A stretch of DNA of 64,000 nucleotides from Eledone cirrhosa (Eukaryota): positions 326,554,001 to 326,618,000 of the forward strand of contig OZ024741.1 in NCBI GenBank assembly GCA_964016885.1, read 5' to 3'. The stretch's first letter is position 1, and each line of letters starts with the position of its first letter. Both the position numbers and the translations under genes were made by a program. The notes below the pieces were generated by a model, which made no database searches, had not been told where the DNA came from, and worked only from the letters and a program-made list of their open reading frames with translations. Positions 31,273-44,600 of this stretch are shown here, in pieces.

Positions 31273-32040
31273 GTAATATGTTTATATAAAAAAACTAACA
31301 AAAAATGGATATCCATATATGTGATACAGTGCAGAATGTACAATAATGAAAAAAAGAAGATAAATATGCACTATGTCAATTTTATCTAAATGATGAATAC
31401 TAAACTATGATAAGAAACTGAACATGGTATTATCTCTCCTTTAGGCGTGACTTCTTATCTATCCCGAATCATGTTTTGGGAAAATGTGTAAAGATTATAT
31501 GCTGTAAGCAACAAACATATCCATTATAAATATTGTAAACAACAAATATACATTAAGTATGCTGCAATCATATGTATTTATTTCTTAACTAATCTAAATA
31601 TTGATGTATATATTATTTCGAGATAATCTTTTAAAACCTCATCTTTTATAATACCCGAAATATATTTTTCTTTTAAAAAATCTACAAATCATTGTTTGAA
31701 TAGAAAAAGTAACGAAGAATTGTGATAACGTGAAATTAACGAAAATAACATTTTTATATAGCTCTTTCTTTTTTGTCGCTTTGCTTCTTACATACACACA
31801 CACGCGCACATGTACATAAATATAGTGTAGTAGTTTATATAGGAGTTTCCAGAGTAACTAGTCGCAGGGTCAGCTGAAATTAGCTACATACACAGAGGCA
31901 CACACACATACACAAACATGCATACAAGCATCCATAAAGAACTCCACACCTCACCACCTTGACCAACACAGTCTAACTACGAAGTTACTGTCCATATATC
32001 ACATACACACACTCACACGCACACCCAAGCACACACACAT

Positions 32041-32073
<33 letters not shown>

Positions 32074-32179
32074 CACATATATGGTCCACCTGGTATCCTA
32101 CCACACTTTCTTTGTTATATATATATATATATATGTGTGTGTGCCTGATGGTAGCTAAGATACTTCCATAGGCGGTATG

Positions 32180-32214
<35 letters not shown>

Positions 32215-33129
32215 TATGAACGGAGGCACTAAGAGAACATTTAATTATAATAGAGGTGTATATGAAAATATATAAAATTCGTTTAAATACAACAAACATA
32301 TGGGCAGCCTTGCTGCCGAAGAAAAATATTTTTCGTAACGAAACGAAAAAGATTTTATTTTTCTCAATTTATCTCGATGAATATATCACCGAGCTGCTAG
32401 TATATTCTGAGAATATCAGTCATTGCGCTGTTTCAAGATTTGTTGATCTTTGATGCCCATACAAATAAGAGTTGTGTTTTGGTAGTAAGTGACAATACCA
32501 TAATTTTTTTAGAACCATCTATGCATAGTCAATTATATCCTTCCTGGAAATTTAGCAAAACACTTAATCTGAAGCTGAACAAACTTGGAAAAAATCGATC
32601 ATCCATTGCCTTTAATATTTAACGTGAACAGAATTCCTGTTCATTAAATCAACCTGGTTCCAGTTATGAACATTTATGAACAGGAGGAAAGCTATATATA
32701 TATATAGCCGATAATGTATGAGATATATTTTACACCCAACTACCTGAGATAATTTAAAAAAATGCTTCCGTTATTTGTTAAAATAATAATAATGCAGTTG
32801 TTCATCTTGCTGCATAATCTACTTATCTGTTGAACTGATATATTTTTTCCGTTTGAATAGAAGAGAACAGAATGATGCCGCCAGAAGGATATACATGTCA
32901 ATTATACATTGTGCATCTACGTATTTATGTTATGCTTGGATGGCAAGAAACATTAATATAATGGCATCGCATATTAGAGAAGCTTTTTAACATTTAGAGG
33001 CTGATATAGCTGATAGCATACTGAATGATGCTTTTCTGTGCTATAAACTGCAGTAAGATTTTCATTGCGATCCGATTTTCATTATCTATAATAAATCTAA
33101 GCTTCATCTAACACATGTCTAATATATAA

Positions 33130-33310
33130 TTGTTTCTACTTTTGGCACAAGGCCAGCAATTACCCAGTGCTTTACTGGTACTTTATTTTATCGACCCCGT
33201 AAGGATGAAAGGCAAAGTTAACCTCGGCGGGATTTGAACTCAGAATGGCAAGGGCCATAACTCTATGCGTCGAAGCATGTCGTCCGACCATCTACCGATA
33301 CTGCCAAATA
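33130..33310 (-). mobile_element. SINE family B
   Basis: GGCACAAGGCCAGCAAT..GGATGAAAGGCAAAGTTAACCTCGGCGGGATTTGAACTC. Confidence 0.85.
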
Positions 33311-33456
33311 CTAGTATGTTACCCGTCATGCGACTGGTAATTTGGGGAAGATAGATTTTCACTCTATATTAAGGGTGAAATAAATCTTCGTACGAAACCT
33401 ATACGCATTCACAGTTGCCACAGAAGGCCAGTATTTTAAGTGTATACATACATACA

Positions 33457-33533
<77 letters not shown>

Positions 33534-33575
33534 GCATACATACATACATAAAAAACATATATATATATATATATA

Positions 33576-33674
33576 CAGGGTGTCCTAAAGAATGTGTACA
33601 CACTTTGATTAATTGTACAGACAATATTTATTAGAATGCTTTTGAAGTGTCTATACATTTTTGGGTACATCCTC
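33576..33674. mobile_element. Tc1/mariner-type MITE (about 99 bp)
   Basis: TA-CAGGGTGTCCTAAAGAATGTGTACACACTT ... AAGTGTCTATACATTTTTGGGTACATCCTC-TA, imperfect TIRs of about 30 bp. Confidence 0.7.
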
Positions 33675-33728
33675 TATACAGTAACAATAATTACGAAGAT
33701 CAAAATCCGAAGAAGGCTCCGTAAGGAT

Positions 33729-33764
<36 letters not shown>

Positions 33765-34016
33765 AATGAAAGGTATAGAAATTGTTTTAGCGAGAAGCTA
33801 ACAGTATTCTATAACATATATGCGACTATGTCGTCAAGAGGGAAAAATAGTTAACGTAAAATGTAGGAAAAATAATTCAAACTCATCTCAAAAGAGAATC
33901 ATGATACAAATTCATCCACAGAATTTAGTGAAATCCAGGGAAAAATCAATAGACCATTAACTCATGATAAAATAAGGTTTAAAATACTTATCCTTCAATT
34001 TGGAAAAACATCAAAT

Positions 34017-34096
34017 GCTCTGTATAGTCTTAAAGACTATTTCATGAAAAATTTCAGTGGAGATGGTCACGGTTGGATTTCAATCGTCAGCAGAGC
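34017..34096 (-). ncRNA. Type I hammerhead ribozyme (AUA triplet), copy 1
   Basis: Minus strand: GCTCTG-CTGACGA-T-TGAAA..TTTCA-T-GAAA-TAGTC tttaa GACTA-TA-CAGAGC. Confidence 0.88.
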
Positions 34097-34641
34097 TCAA
34101 CAGATAACCAGGGCCACCACAGAATTATAAGCCAAAAAGTGATTTCTAAAACTGGCTAATTCACCATCATGCGTGATTATGAAAAACGCACATGAGGAAA
34201 AACGGGGCTAGTGACGTCAGGATGAAAATGAATGTTTGTTTACAAGAAATAACAGTCAAATACATTCCGAAAAATAACTCTACAAAAGGAGTTCAGCAAA
34301 CAGCAATATTATCGCAGTTTTTATAAAAAAAACGGGATTAGTCACAGATAATTTAAGCACTCAAGGAAAAGAATCCGAGTATAATTATAAATGAAAGGTA
34401 TAGAAATTGTTTTAGCGAGAAGCTAACAGTATTCTATAACATATATGCGACTATGTCGTCAAGAAAGAACAATAGTTAACGTAAGATGTAGGAAAAATAA
34501 TTCAAACTCATCTCAAAAGAGAATCAGGATACAAATTCATCTACAGAATTTAGTGAAATCCAGGGAAAAATCAATAGACCCTTAACTCATGATAAAATGA
34601 AGTTTAAAATACTTATCCTTCAATTTGGAAAAACATCAAAT

Positions 34642-34721
34642 GCTCTGTATAGTCTTAAAGACTATTTCATGAAAACTTTCAGCGGAGATGGTCACGGTTG
34701 GATTTCAATCGTCAGCAGAGC
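34642..34721 (-). ncRNA. Type I hammerhead ribozyme (AUA triplet), copy 2
   Basis: Same core and stems as 34017-34096, offset exactly 625 bp; the two differences fall in the stem II insert. Confidence 0.88.
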
Positions 34722-34741
34722 TCAACAGATAACCAGGGCTC

Positions 34742-34824
<83 letters not shown>

Positions 34825-34851
34825 GATATATATATACATATATGTATATAT

Positions 34852-34940
<89 letters not shown>

Positions 34941-35156
34941 ATATACATATATATATATATATGTAAAGGATATATAAACCCATAGAGTAAATATTTATTA
35001 TTAGAGCAGATTAAAGTTTCAGCAAAGAATTTCCGCTTCCAACCTATTACTGGATCTTAGGTCCCGTATATGGATGAAAAAAGAAATTCTTCGCTTAAGC
35101 TATCAATCCTCTCTCTCTGTCTCCTTCTCTCCCTGTATATATATATATATATATGA

Positions 35157-35297
35157 ATGAGTAGGACCCTGACGGCTGAGATCAAGCGGTTTCGACGGCT
35201 AATTCTACTCGTTCCTATTACTCACTCTACTACACTAAGTATTGAGTACTTTGGTGCGTTATGGTCCACCTGGTTCCTTAACACATTCCTCCGTTAT
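35157..35297. mobile_element. Fragment of the GACCCCGACGGC half-HHR family
   Basis: GACCCTGACGGCTGAGATCAAGCGGTTTCGACGG plus tail CACTCTACTACACTAAGTATTGAGTA.. homologous to 62613-62815. Confidence 0.7.
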
Positions 35298-35438
35298 ATA
35301 TATATATATATATATATGCAGAGGTTATATTTAATTTGTTGGGATTCAACAAGCTTAGAAATAGCTATCCAGGAAGCTCCGACCGTTACGGTTGTCTTTT
35401 TTCTGGGTATGTCAATATTTATTCATAAAACAAATCTG

Positions 35439-35504
35439 TATTTTATCTGATGATAGCGCACCATAATTTCCCTTGGTTGCCCTTGAAATATATATAATAA
35501 AATA
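35439..35504 (+). ncRNA. Minimal type I HHR (AUA triplet)
   Basis: TATTTTAT-CTGATGA-TAG..CTT-GAAA-TATATA-TA-ATAAAATA; same stem I as 30676. Confidence 0.75.
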
Positions 35505-35560
35505 AATATGGTTTTATAAATATAGTTTCCATTTATTAATATATTGTATATATATATACA

Positions 35561-36394
35561 ACATTCTCCAGCATGGACGCCAGTATAAAGTTCAGCATGG
35601 AACACCCCGATGACCGCGGATCCCTTTCCCTACTGGACTTCCAACTGAGGGTAACATCCACACCTGCTTCTATAAAAAAGCCGCCAGCAGGGACCTGTTC
35701 GTACATTTCAGATCGGCCCTCCCACTCGGTGCCAAGTTCGGATACATAAGGAACGAACTGGCACGTTTCCGGAACAAATGCACCGACGCTAGAGACCGAG
35801 ACACACACCACACATTTCCTGGAAGTACTCAAACTGAACGGATACACGACATCCACCACAAACCGTGCCAGAAAGAACAGAGGACACCACACCCGAGGCA
35901 CTAACACTTGCTTCCTGAAGCTCCCATACTTCAGTGAAGAAACAACAACAGCCATCCGCAGAGCCATCATACGAGAGGGACTAGATATCCAACTGGCCCA
36001 CTCAGGTCCTTCTCTACGCGGACAGCTAACCAAAAGACACTCCACCAGACATGACAACTGCTGCAGACTAGCCAACTGCCCCATCAAGGACACAGACCTA
36101 TGCTACCAGGCTTACGTCGTATACAGACTAGAGTGTGACAAATGCAACAACTTCTACGTAGGTAGCACCACCAGACCACTCCACATAAGAATAAAAGAAC
36201 ACCTCAATACTAACGCTTCCTCATTTAAGAAACACCTAGTTAAATGCAAAAACACCGACAAAACCATAACAGTTAGGATAGAAACTAAGGAAAGAAATCT
36301 CAGCAATCTTAGAATTAAGGAAGCCCTAATTATAGATAAAACACAACCACCAATCAATAATAGACTAGAATTCAACACCCAATTTATAACCTGA
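35561..36394 (+). pseudogene. Penelope-like element: RT C-terminus, Cys-rich linker and GIY-YIG endonuclease (5'-truncated, frameshifted)
   Basis: Hand translation: IKFSMEHP..LSLLDF, FYKK..FVHFRS, KLPYF, CCRLANCPIKDTDLC, VVYRLECDKCNNFYVGSTTRPLHIRIKEH, IKEALII..PPIN, stop at 36392-36394. Not in the supplied ORF track. Confidence 0.9.
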
Positions 36395-36769
36395 TAGGGC
36401 TTCTTGCCCCATATTTACACACCCCACACACACACACACTTACACCTCCACTTATTCTCTCTCACACATACACACACAAAACCAGTTCTAACACCAGATA
36501 ACACCTATCCCCCACATTTACGAATATACTTATCTTCTCACACTCACACACACACACTCACATACTTACACCTTCATGCATTATCCCACACACTTAAACA
36601 GGCATGTATATTAAAAAAAACCCCAAAAAACTAAACAAACCCCTTTTAAAGGGAGACTACTCTTTATCCATCTAATTTTAACTCTTTGACATTAGAGATA
36701 GAACAGATACTCTATACTATTTCCTGTCAGCATGGCTTGGCAAGATATTTAGAAGGCTGGTTTGAGACC

Positions 36770-36838
36770 TTTTTTCCCTCTGAAGAAGAGATATTATCTC
36801 GAAAATTAATGACATTTAAATAAATCTAAGGTAAAAGA
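36770..36838 (+). ncRNA. Decayed HHR in the PLE 3' pseudo-LTR
   Basis: TTTTCCCT-CTGAAGA-A-GAGAT..ATCTC-GAAA-ATT..AATC-TA-AGGTAAAA; stem III imperfect. Confidence 0.6.
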
Positions 36839-36925
36839 CGATTTGTCAACAATATCTTTTGCAATTGCATTCTTTTTTCTATGTCCATACCTGCATTGTT
36901 TTGGCTTTATTATACATATTCAAAC

Positions 36926-36983
<58 letters not shown>

Positions 36984-37814
36984 TACTCTTATTTTACTAT
37001 TGTTACAATTCACATATGAACGTTTAGCTGGTCTCGAAATTGCTCGCATTTCATTAGAGATTTCTCGAATGCTTTAATGATTAGGATTCCAGTCCTATCA
37101 TCAGAGGCAACATAAAATGAAACTTCTTTGACATGAACACACAAGCGGCACTTGGTACAATTATCCATCCCACGATTTTAAGATCGTTAATTCAACACAC
37201 AAACCACTAAGCCAAGCAAGCACCTTCGTTGTCCGAGACAAAACTTGTCAAATCTGTGTTTTGATGTACGCGAAACGCAGTCGGAATTGTGAGTAAATAC
37301 TAAGAATTCCAATGTATGGTTTGCTCCATTTTTAAAAAGATATTTGGTTTGGGTTATGTATTTAATTCTTCTGGTATTTGTCTACAAAAGAATCAAAAAG
37401 AAAAAAAATATTTGAGGGAAAATATCCTGGAATCTTACAGACACTAAATCAGAAGTTACTAAAATATATTTAAATAACAAAAAACTTGATAAAAACTATT
37501 TAGAATTTTTATGAGAATACTATAGTTAGGCTAATCTTTGACAAATCCCCAACTAATGAGATTTCTGCCCATGAACCATAAAACACACATATATATCGTG
37601 AATATGTCATAAATTTTACATTAAAACACTTACACGCAGACGCATAGACACACACATAATTACATACCCCCATACACAATAGCATGTATAATACATACAT
37701 TCATATATGTACATATATTATATATAAATATACATATATATATAAAAATATATATATATATACAATACATAAACAGAGAAAGCCTTAAGCGATACTCCGA
37801 CCAACTCCATCTCA

Positions 37815-37901
<87 letters not shown>

Positions 37902-38589
37902 TATATATGTACATATATGAATGTATGTATTATAAATATATATATAAATATATATATGTATATATATATGTGTGTGTGTATGTTCGTGTGTGTGTGTATG
38001 TGTGTGTATGTGTGTGTATGTGTGTTTGCGTGTGTGTATATATATATAGGTATGTATATATATTCATTTGAATACATTTTTCTCATTAAAAGATGAATAC
38101 ATCGTTTTCTTGAAAATCTCATAATTTTTGCTTATTAAGAATATAACAAATAAATATACACATAAATAAATAAGAAAAATCTATTTAAAAAAAAAATAAT
38201 ACAAATATGTGTCAAAAATAGAATTTCTTTAATAAGAAATGTCAATTGTATTTAAGGAAGTCAATAATTCACATCAGTGTTTCATTAACGAAATCTTTCA
38301 TATCTTTGATTAAGAAATTTCTGTTTTAGTTTAATGTATTTTTATCCAATTATTACTATCAATCGCGAAATATATATAAAAGTAAAATTGTCATATTTGT
38401 TGATGGTTACTTTTTGTCATTTATTACTCACAGAGACACGCACACACACACACACACATACACACACACATACACACATACACACAGAAACACACACACA
38501 CACTCACAAAGATATACACATTCACCAGTTATCAATTGTAAAATGTGATTTTGTCATATATAATTTTTTATGATATATATTCATATACA

Positions 38590-38713
<124 letters not shown>

Positions 38714-39135
38714 GGTATATGTATATATATATATATATATATATTCGGGGAATTAATCTTATCAATCTTTGTAAATTAAAAAAATGTAATCGCCGGATTC
38801 GTCTTTCTTTATATTGCCTAATATAACAAAAGAATCCAAGTAAAATTTAAACTATTCATCATCAATGACAAATATATTTTTAACAATTTAACTCTTGGAT
38901 ATAATAAGGAATGACATTAGTTAAGTAGACCCCAAAAGGAAGATTGTAAATTTCGATTTAAAATTAAAAAGAATCTATGGAATAATGTGTGTGTGTGTGT
39001 GTGTACATATATATATATATATAATCTATGTTTGATGCACATACTCAAGCAAATATCTATCACTCTATCTCTATATGTTACTCTCTTTCTCTCTTTCTTT
39101 CATTCATTCATTATTTCTTTCTTTCTTTCATTCAT

Positions 39136-39244
<109 letters not shown>

Positions 39245-39256
39245 TTCTTCCCCCCC

Positions 39257-39300
<44 letters not shown>

Positions 39301-39311
39301 CTTTCTTTCTC

Positions 39312-39392
<81 letters not shown>

Positions 39393-39432
39393 ACGAAAGA
39401 AAGAAAGAGAGAAAGAAAGATCGATAGATAAA

Positions 39433-39987
39433 TTAATGTATCGTGATATTTCGCTCCTTATAACAGTCTTTCCTCTCTCTCTGTTTAGTTGAGCACACTG
39501 CTCTGAGTGGTTTTGGGCTGCCCTTTCTAGCAGCTCGTCCCTCAGAGACCACTTGTTCACTGCTCTTAAACACGCTGTGACTTCTCTCTCCCACGTGTAG
39601 TTGGGCGGTCGCTTTAAAAATTCTCTTAGACTTGTCTGAAATGTATGGCCTAACACACGCTGATGAACCTGGATTATTTCACTTCTCTTAACAACTTAAT
39701 GGCGAAACAGATCACTTCGGATTTGAACGTGTGTTATATAGTTATAGAGATATTTATTCATGCTTTAATTTATATTTTTAATTATCGTGTCTATATTCTG
39801 CCTTCCATAGGTTATAGATTCCATACACTGGTGGTTTTTCCCTGTTTTATTGATGGCGCACTGTATCTCTCTCTAGTGTGTTACCTTTTCAACATATTGT
39901 ATTCTAAGGTGGTCAGGATTTCACCTCCTTTGAACACATTTACAGGGAACGGCGAGAGTCTATGACTCCGTTAATGTATCGTGATAT
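39433..39987 (+). mobile_element. Monomer of the approx. 540-bp HHR family with 17-bp terminal redundancy
   Basis: TTAATGTATCGTGATAT at 39433 and 39971; reverse-complement homologue of 19552-20100. Confidence 0.85.
39651..39736 (+). ncRNA. Type I HHR with mutated triplet (GAA)
   Basis: TAACACACG-CTGATGA-ACC..GGC-GAAA-CAGATC acttcg GATTTG-AA-CGTGTGTTA. Confidence 0.8.
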
Positions 39988-39999
39988 ATATATATATAT

Positions 40000-40164
<165 letters not shown>

Positions 40165-40684
40165 AAGCGAGAGAGTGAGAGAAAAGTTGAAACTGGAAAT
40201 AGCACGGAAAATATATTTTAGGTTATGTTTTTCGCTTTTTTCCTTTCTTTGATTCGTCAGTGACATTATTGATAACTGAGAGGGACAATTCTTTTTTTAA
40301 AAAAGGGTTTATAATGTATATAAAGTATATAAAGTATTACCGGTTTCGATGCATTCGTAAAATTCATCTTATCAAATGTTGAGTATGACAATTAAAATGA
40401 ATTAATAAGAAGTAAAAACTAAAAATTAAAGGTTTAAAATTAAGAGGTGAGATTTTTTCATCTTCCTTGTTGAGAAGGAGACTAGAAAATGAACTCTTGT
40501 GTATATAGAGAGAAGTGTAGTCAAAAAGTAGCAGCAGCAGTGGTGGTAGGTGTGTTTCTTCACAGAACAAAATTGTTTTTAGGAACAAAGGAAATGTCCT
40601 TTAAACATGTGTGTTTATTTCAGTTGTATTAATGAACTGTTCAAGAGTTCAGATGGGCGAAGGGGAAAATGTAAGCTATATAAA

Positions 40685-40747
<63 letters not shown>

Positions 40748-40750
<3 letters not shown>

Positions 40751-40919
40751 AAATAAGAAAATTTTAAAAAATTAACTTACTTACTAAAATTTTCACTCCA
40801 ACTAATTAGTGTCTGCAATACAATTTATTACGTAACTGTCTTTATCCCATTGCAGAAACTAATTAGTTGGAGTGAAAATTTAGTAAGTAAGTTAATTTTT
40901 TAAAATTTTCTTATTTTAC
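40748..40919. repeat. About 70-bp-arm fold-back containing the 3' half of a minimal HHR
   Basis: GTAAAATAAGAAAATTTT..TGCAAT / ATTGCA-GAAA-CTAATTAG-TT-GGAGTG..TTATTTTAC. Confidence 0.88.
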
Positions 40920-41038
40920 GTCTTTTATATTATTGTTCTGCATCCTCCTGCATTGAACCACCTAGGTACTATGACATAACCTGTGTATTTGCTAGCATTA
41001 GCGTACATCTGTACGCATATGTTAGTAGATATACTAAA

Positions 41039-41111
<73 letters not shown>

Positions 41112-41164
41112 TAGATAAATAGATAGATAGATAGATATATTTAACACTCTCTTTAAACGACTAT

Positions 41165-41197
<33 letters not shown>

Positions 41198-41541
41198 ATA
41201 TATAGAGAGAGAGAGTGAGAGAGCAAAAGAGGCAGAGAGAGAGAAAGAGAGATAGTGAGAGAGAGAATGAAGAATATGTATATATATATATATAATTTTA
41301 ACGATGTTATCCTATTACAATCAGTATATATCCGGCCGCTATCTACTCACTCGGTAAATGTACAAAAATAGTGTTGTTAATACGAATTTGGCCCCAGAAA
41401 AGATACTGTGTGTTCCTTATTATCGTCTACAGGTGTTACTTTCGTTTCCAAGTGTTACCCACAGGAAACATCGAAATATTTCTCATTACAAACAAGTACT
41501 GACGTAGGTTTCATATATTCTTCTTCCTTCTTCTTCTTCTT

Positions 41542-41569
<28 letters not shown>

Positions 41570-41610
<41 letters not shown>

Positions 41611-44600
41611 GTTATTGTTATTCCTTGAATCTCAGTCATTGATGTTGGTTAACTGGAAAGTCCGTTGGATTGAATATCAAGCCACTACCTGCAGCCTCAG
41701 ATATTCAGGACGTATCGGAGGGTTCTTGCCGTTCCAAGCAAGCATGCCTTTTGAAGCGTTCCAAAAAGCGTGAAGGGGCCGATTTTCTTTAACCATCCCT
41801 GGAAACCTTTGGAGATAGTCCCCAGTGCGCCTATGACAATCGGGATCACTTTGACTTCATGGCAGTTCCAAATCCTTTTCACCTCCCACTTTAGGTCCTG
41901 GTATCGGTTAATTTTCTCCCTCTCCTTCTCTTGCACTCTCGTGTCGAACGGGCAGGCCACATCCACAATCAGGCACGATCTTTTTTCTTTGTCCACAACC
42001 ACCAGGTCAGGTCTATTGTGTTCCAGTTTTTTGTCCGTCTGTATCCTAAAATCCCACAGCACCTTCACCTGACTGTTCTCCATCACCGCCTCTGGCCTAT
42101 GCTCATACCATTTCTCAGAATGTGGTAGATTGTTTACTTTGCACAGGTGCCAGTGGATCACCCTGCCCATCACATCGTGTCTCCAGCCCTTATAGTGGGT
42201 CTGGGCTAGGTGTTTACACTCGGACACAATGTGGGCCACAGTCTCCTCTCTCTCTCCACAGATCCTGCACAGTGGGCTAGCCTCCTCCTTGTAGATATGG
42301 TGCTTCAACCACTTCGTTTTGAGGGCCTGCTCCTGCGCAGCCATTAGCATTCCTTCTGTAGCCTTTTTGAGGTCTCCTCTTCTCAACCAGTTCCATGTTT
42401 GTGGATCTCTAAATTCAGTTTTCTCAAAGAAGGTACTATGAAGGGATTTTCCCTTAAGGCTGCTCTTCCTCCTTGATGTTATTTCCTCCTTGGATATCCC
42501 CTGGCCTACTGTCCCCTCCTTCAGTACAGCTCTGAGCATTGGCTCCTTACTATAGGTCACGTATTTGTATAGGTTGTTTTTTTCCATCTGAACACAGTCC
42601 TCTATGCTGATAAGACCTCTTCCACCCTCAGATCTCCTTAGGTAGAGTCTATCGACATCACTCCTCTTGTGGAACATGTTGTAGATAGTCAATAGCTTCC
42701 TAGTCTTCCTATCCATTTCTTTTTGTTTAGCAACATTCCATCTCAGAATTCCCGCACTGTACCTAATAATAGACACAGCTCGGGAATTTACTGCGCTTAT
42801 GGCATTTCTGCTGTTCAGATGTGACTTCAATACGCTCCTTACTCTCCGAATGTATTCAGTTCTTAACAATTCCTTCATTTTTTTGTTCTTTACGCCATCA
42901 GCCTCCAGAACGCCCAAATACTTGTATCCTTCCTCAGAGTCAATTTCCTTTATCATCTCACCTGTTGGTATCTGGATCCCGTTACTTCTGCTCAACCTAC
43001 CCCTCCTCGTCACAATGACTCCACATTTACCAATACCAAACTGCATACATATATCACTGCTGAAAATACGGACAGTGTCAACAAGCACATCCAACTCCTT
43101 CTCACTTTTCCCGAAGAGCTTAAGATCGTCCATGAAGAGGAGGTGATTGATGGTAAGCTCTCCCCTTCCCAACTTGTATCCTGCTCTCACTTTTCGCAGC
43201 ATAATGGTCAAGGGCATCAGGGCAAGGACAAACAACAGAGGGGACTGGCTATCTCACTGGAAGATACCTCTCTTGATCTTCACGCTTCCCAAGGATACTC
43301 CAGTTGATGTCAACTCTGTCTCCCAGGACCCCATACTCCTGCCCAGCAACTGTCTGATGTTATCTGCCACCCTGAAGATCTCCAGGCTTTTGGTGATCCA
43401 GGAATGAGGCACCATGTCAAATGCCTTTCTGTAGTCTATCCATCCCATGGCAAGATCAGTGTGTCTCCTCCTGCAATTCCCCATTACCATCTTATCAATA
43501 AGCAACTGGTCCTTTGTACCACGTGACTTCTTTCGGCATCCTTTCTGTTCGTCCGGTAACAAGTTGTTTGTGTGGAGGTGATGGTAGATTTCCTCAGACA
43601 CAATGCTCGTCAACAGTTTCCACATTACGGGCAGACATGTGATAGGTCTATAGTTGGTAACATCATTACCCTTGATTCGGTCTTTCATTATCAGAACTGT
43701 GGTACCTTTTGTCAACCACTCTGGCACCTCACCCGACACCAAGCAGTCATTGAACATGGCCGTCAGCTTCGGGTGGAGGGATGTTAAATGTTTAATCCAA
43801 TACCCCTGCACACCATCTGGGCCTGGTGATTTCCAGTTGGTTAGTTTTTTGGCTTGCCCCTTAAGAGTTTCAACTGTGATACTCAAATCAGTCTGTTGTT
43901 GTGCCTGCTCACCGATCTCCCTCTGTACTGTCTCAATCCACCCTGCCTGGGCATTGTGTCTAACATCCTGCTCCCATATTCCTCTCCAGAATGTTTTAGC
44001 TTGTTCCGCCCCAGGGATCAAGTCGTTGCCTCTTTCTTTCCCCTCAAGCTGTCCAAACAGCATCTTCTGGTTGTTGTCGAACATGCGGTTCTGTTTATAC
44101 TGACTGACTCTGTTCTCGTATCGCCTGATTTTGGCACTCTTTGCTACAATGCGTTGCTTCAATTCCTCTATGATAATATTTAGCTTTTTACTCCTAGTTT
44201 TGTATTTTATTTCCAGTCTATTTTTAGTGCCTATGTTTTTTAGTGTCCCATTCAGTAGTGACTCAAGCTTTCCTATGTCATCTCTCATTTCCCCGATTTG
44301 CCCACTCAGTCGCTTCTTCCACCACGGCTCTGCTCTTTCTTGTCTGTTGTTTCCTTTCGCTTTTATACCAAGTAGTTTCCTCACCGTATTTGCTGTTGCT
44401 TTGAGGATATTGTTGCACTGGTGAAGACTCCTCGCCTCAAGGTATGGGATGACTTTGTTTACCTTAGCTGTTGTTTCTTTTAACTTTTTCCTGTCTACAA
44501 ATCTTAGGTTCATAGGTCTCCCACTATCATTGTTCAACTCATCTACCACTAAATTTAGGATGTCAACCGAATCTTGTCCTAGCCCGTCAGCATTCATCTC

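Larger units (their letters stand above)
33761..34743 (-). mobile_element. Retrozyme-like tandem repeat, 625-bp period, one HHR per copy
   Basis: 33761-34114 is repeated at 34386-34739 with few substitutions; (TA)n on both sides. Confidence 0.88.

Noticed and set aside
32141-32229. GTGC-CTGATGG ... GAACGGA-GGCAC split by (TA)n
   Set aside because: Both core segments mutated; too degenerate to support.
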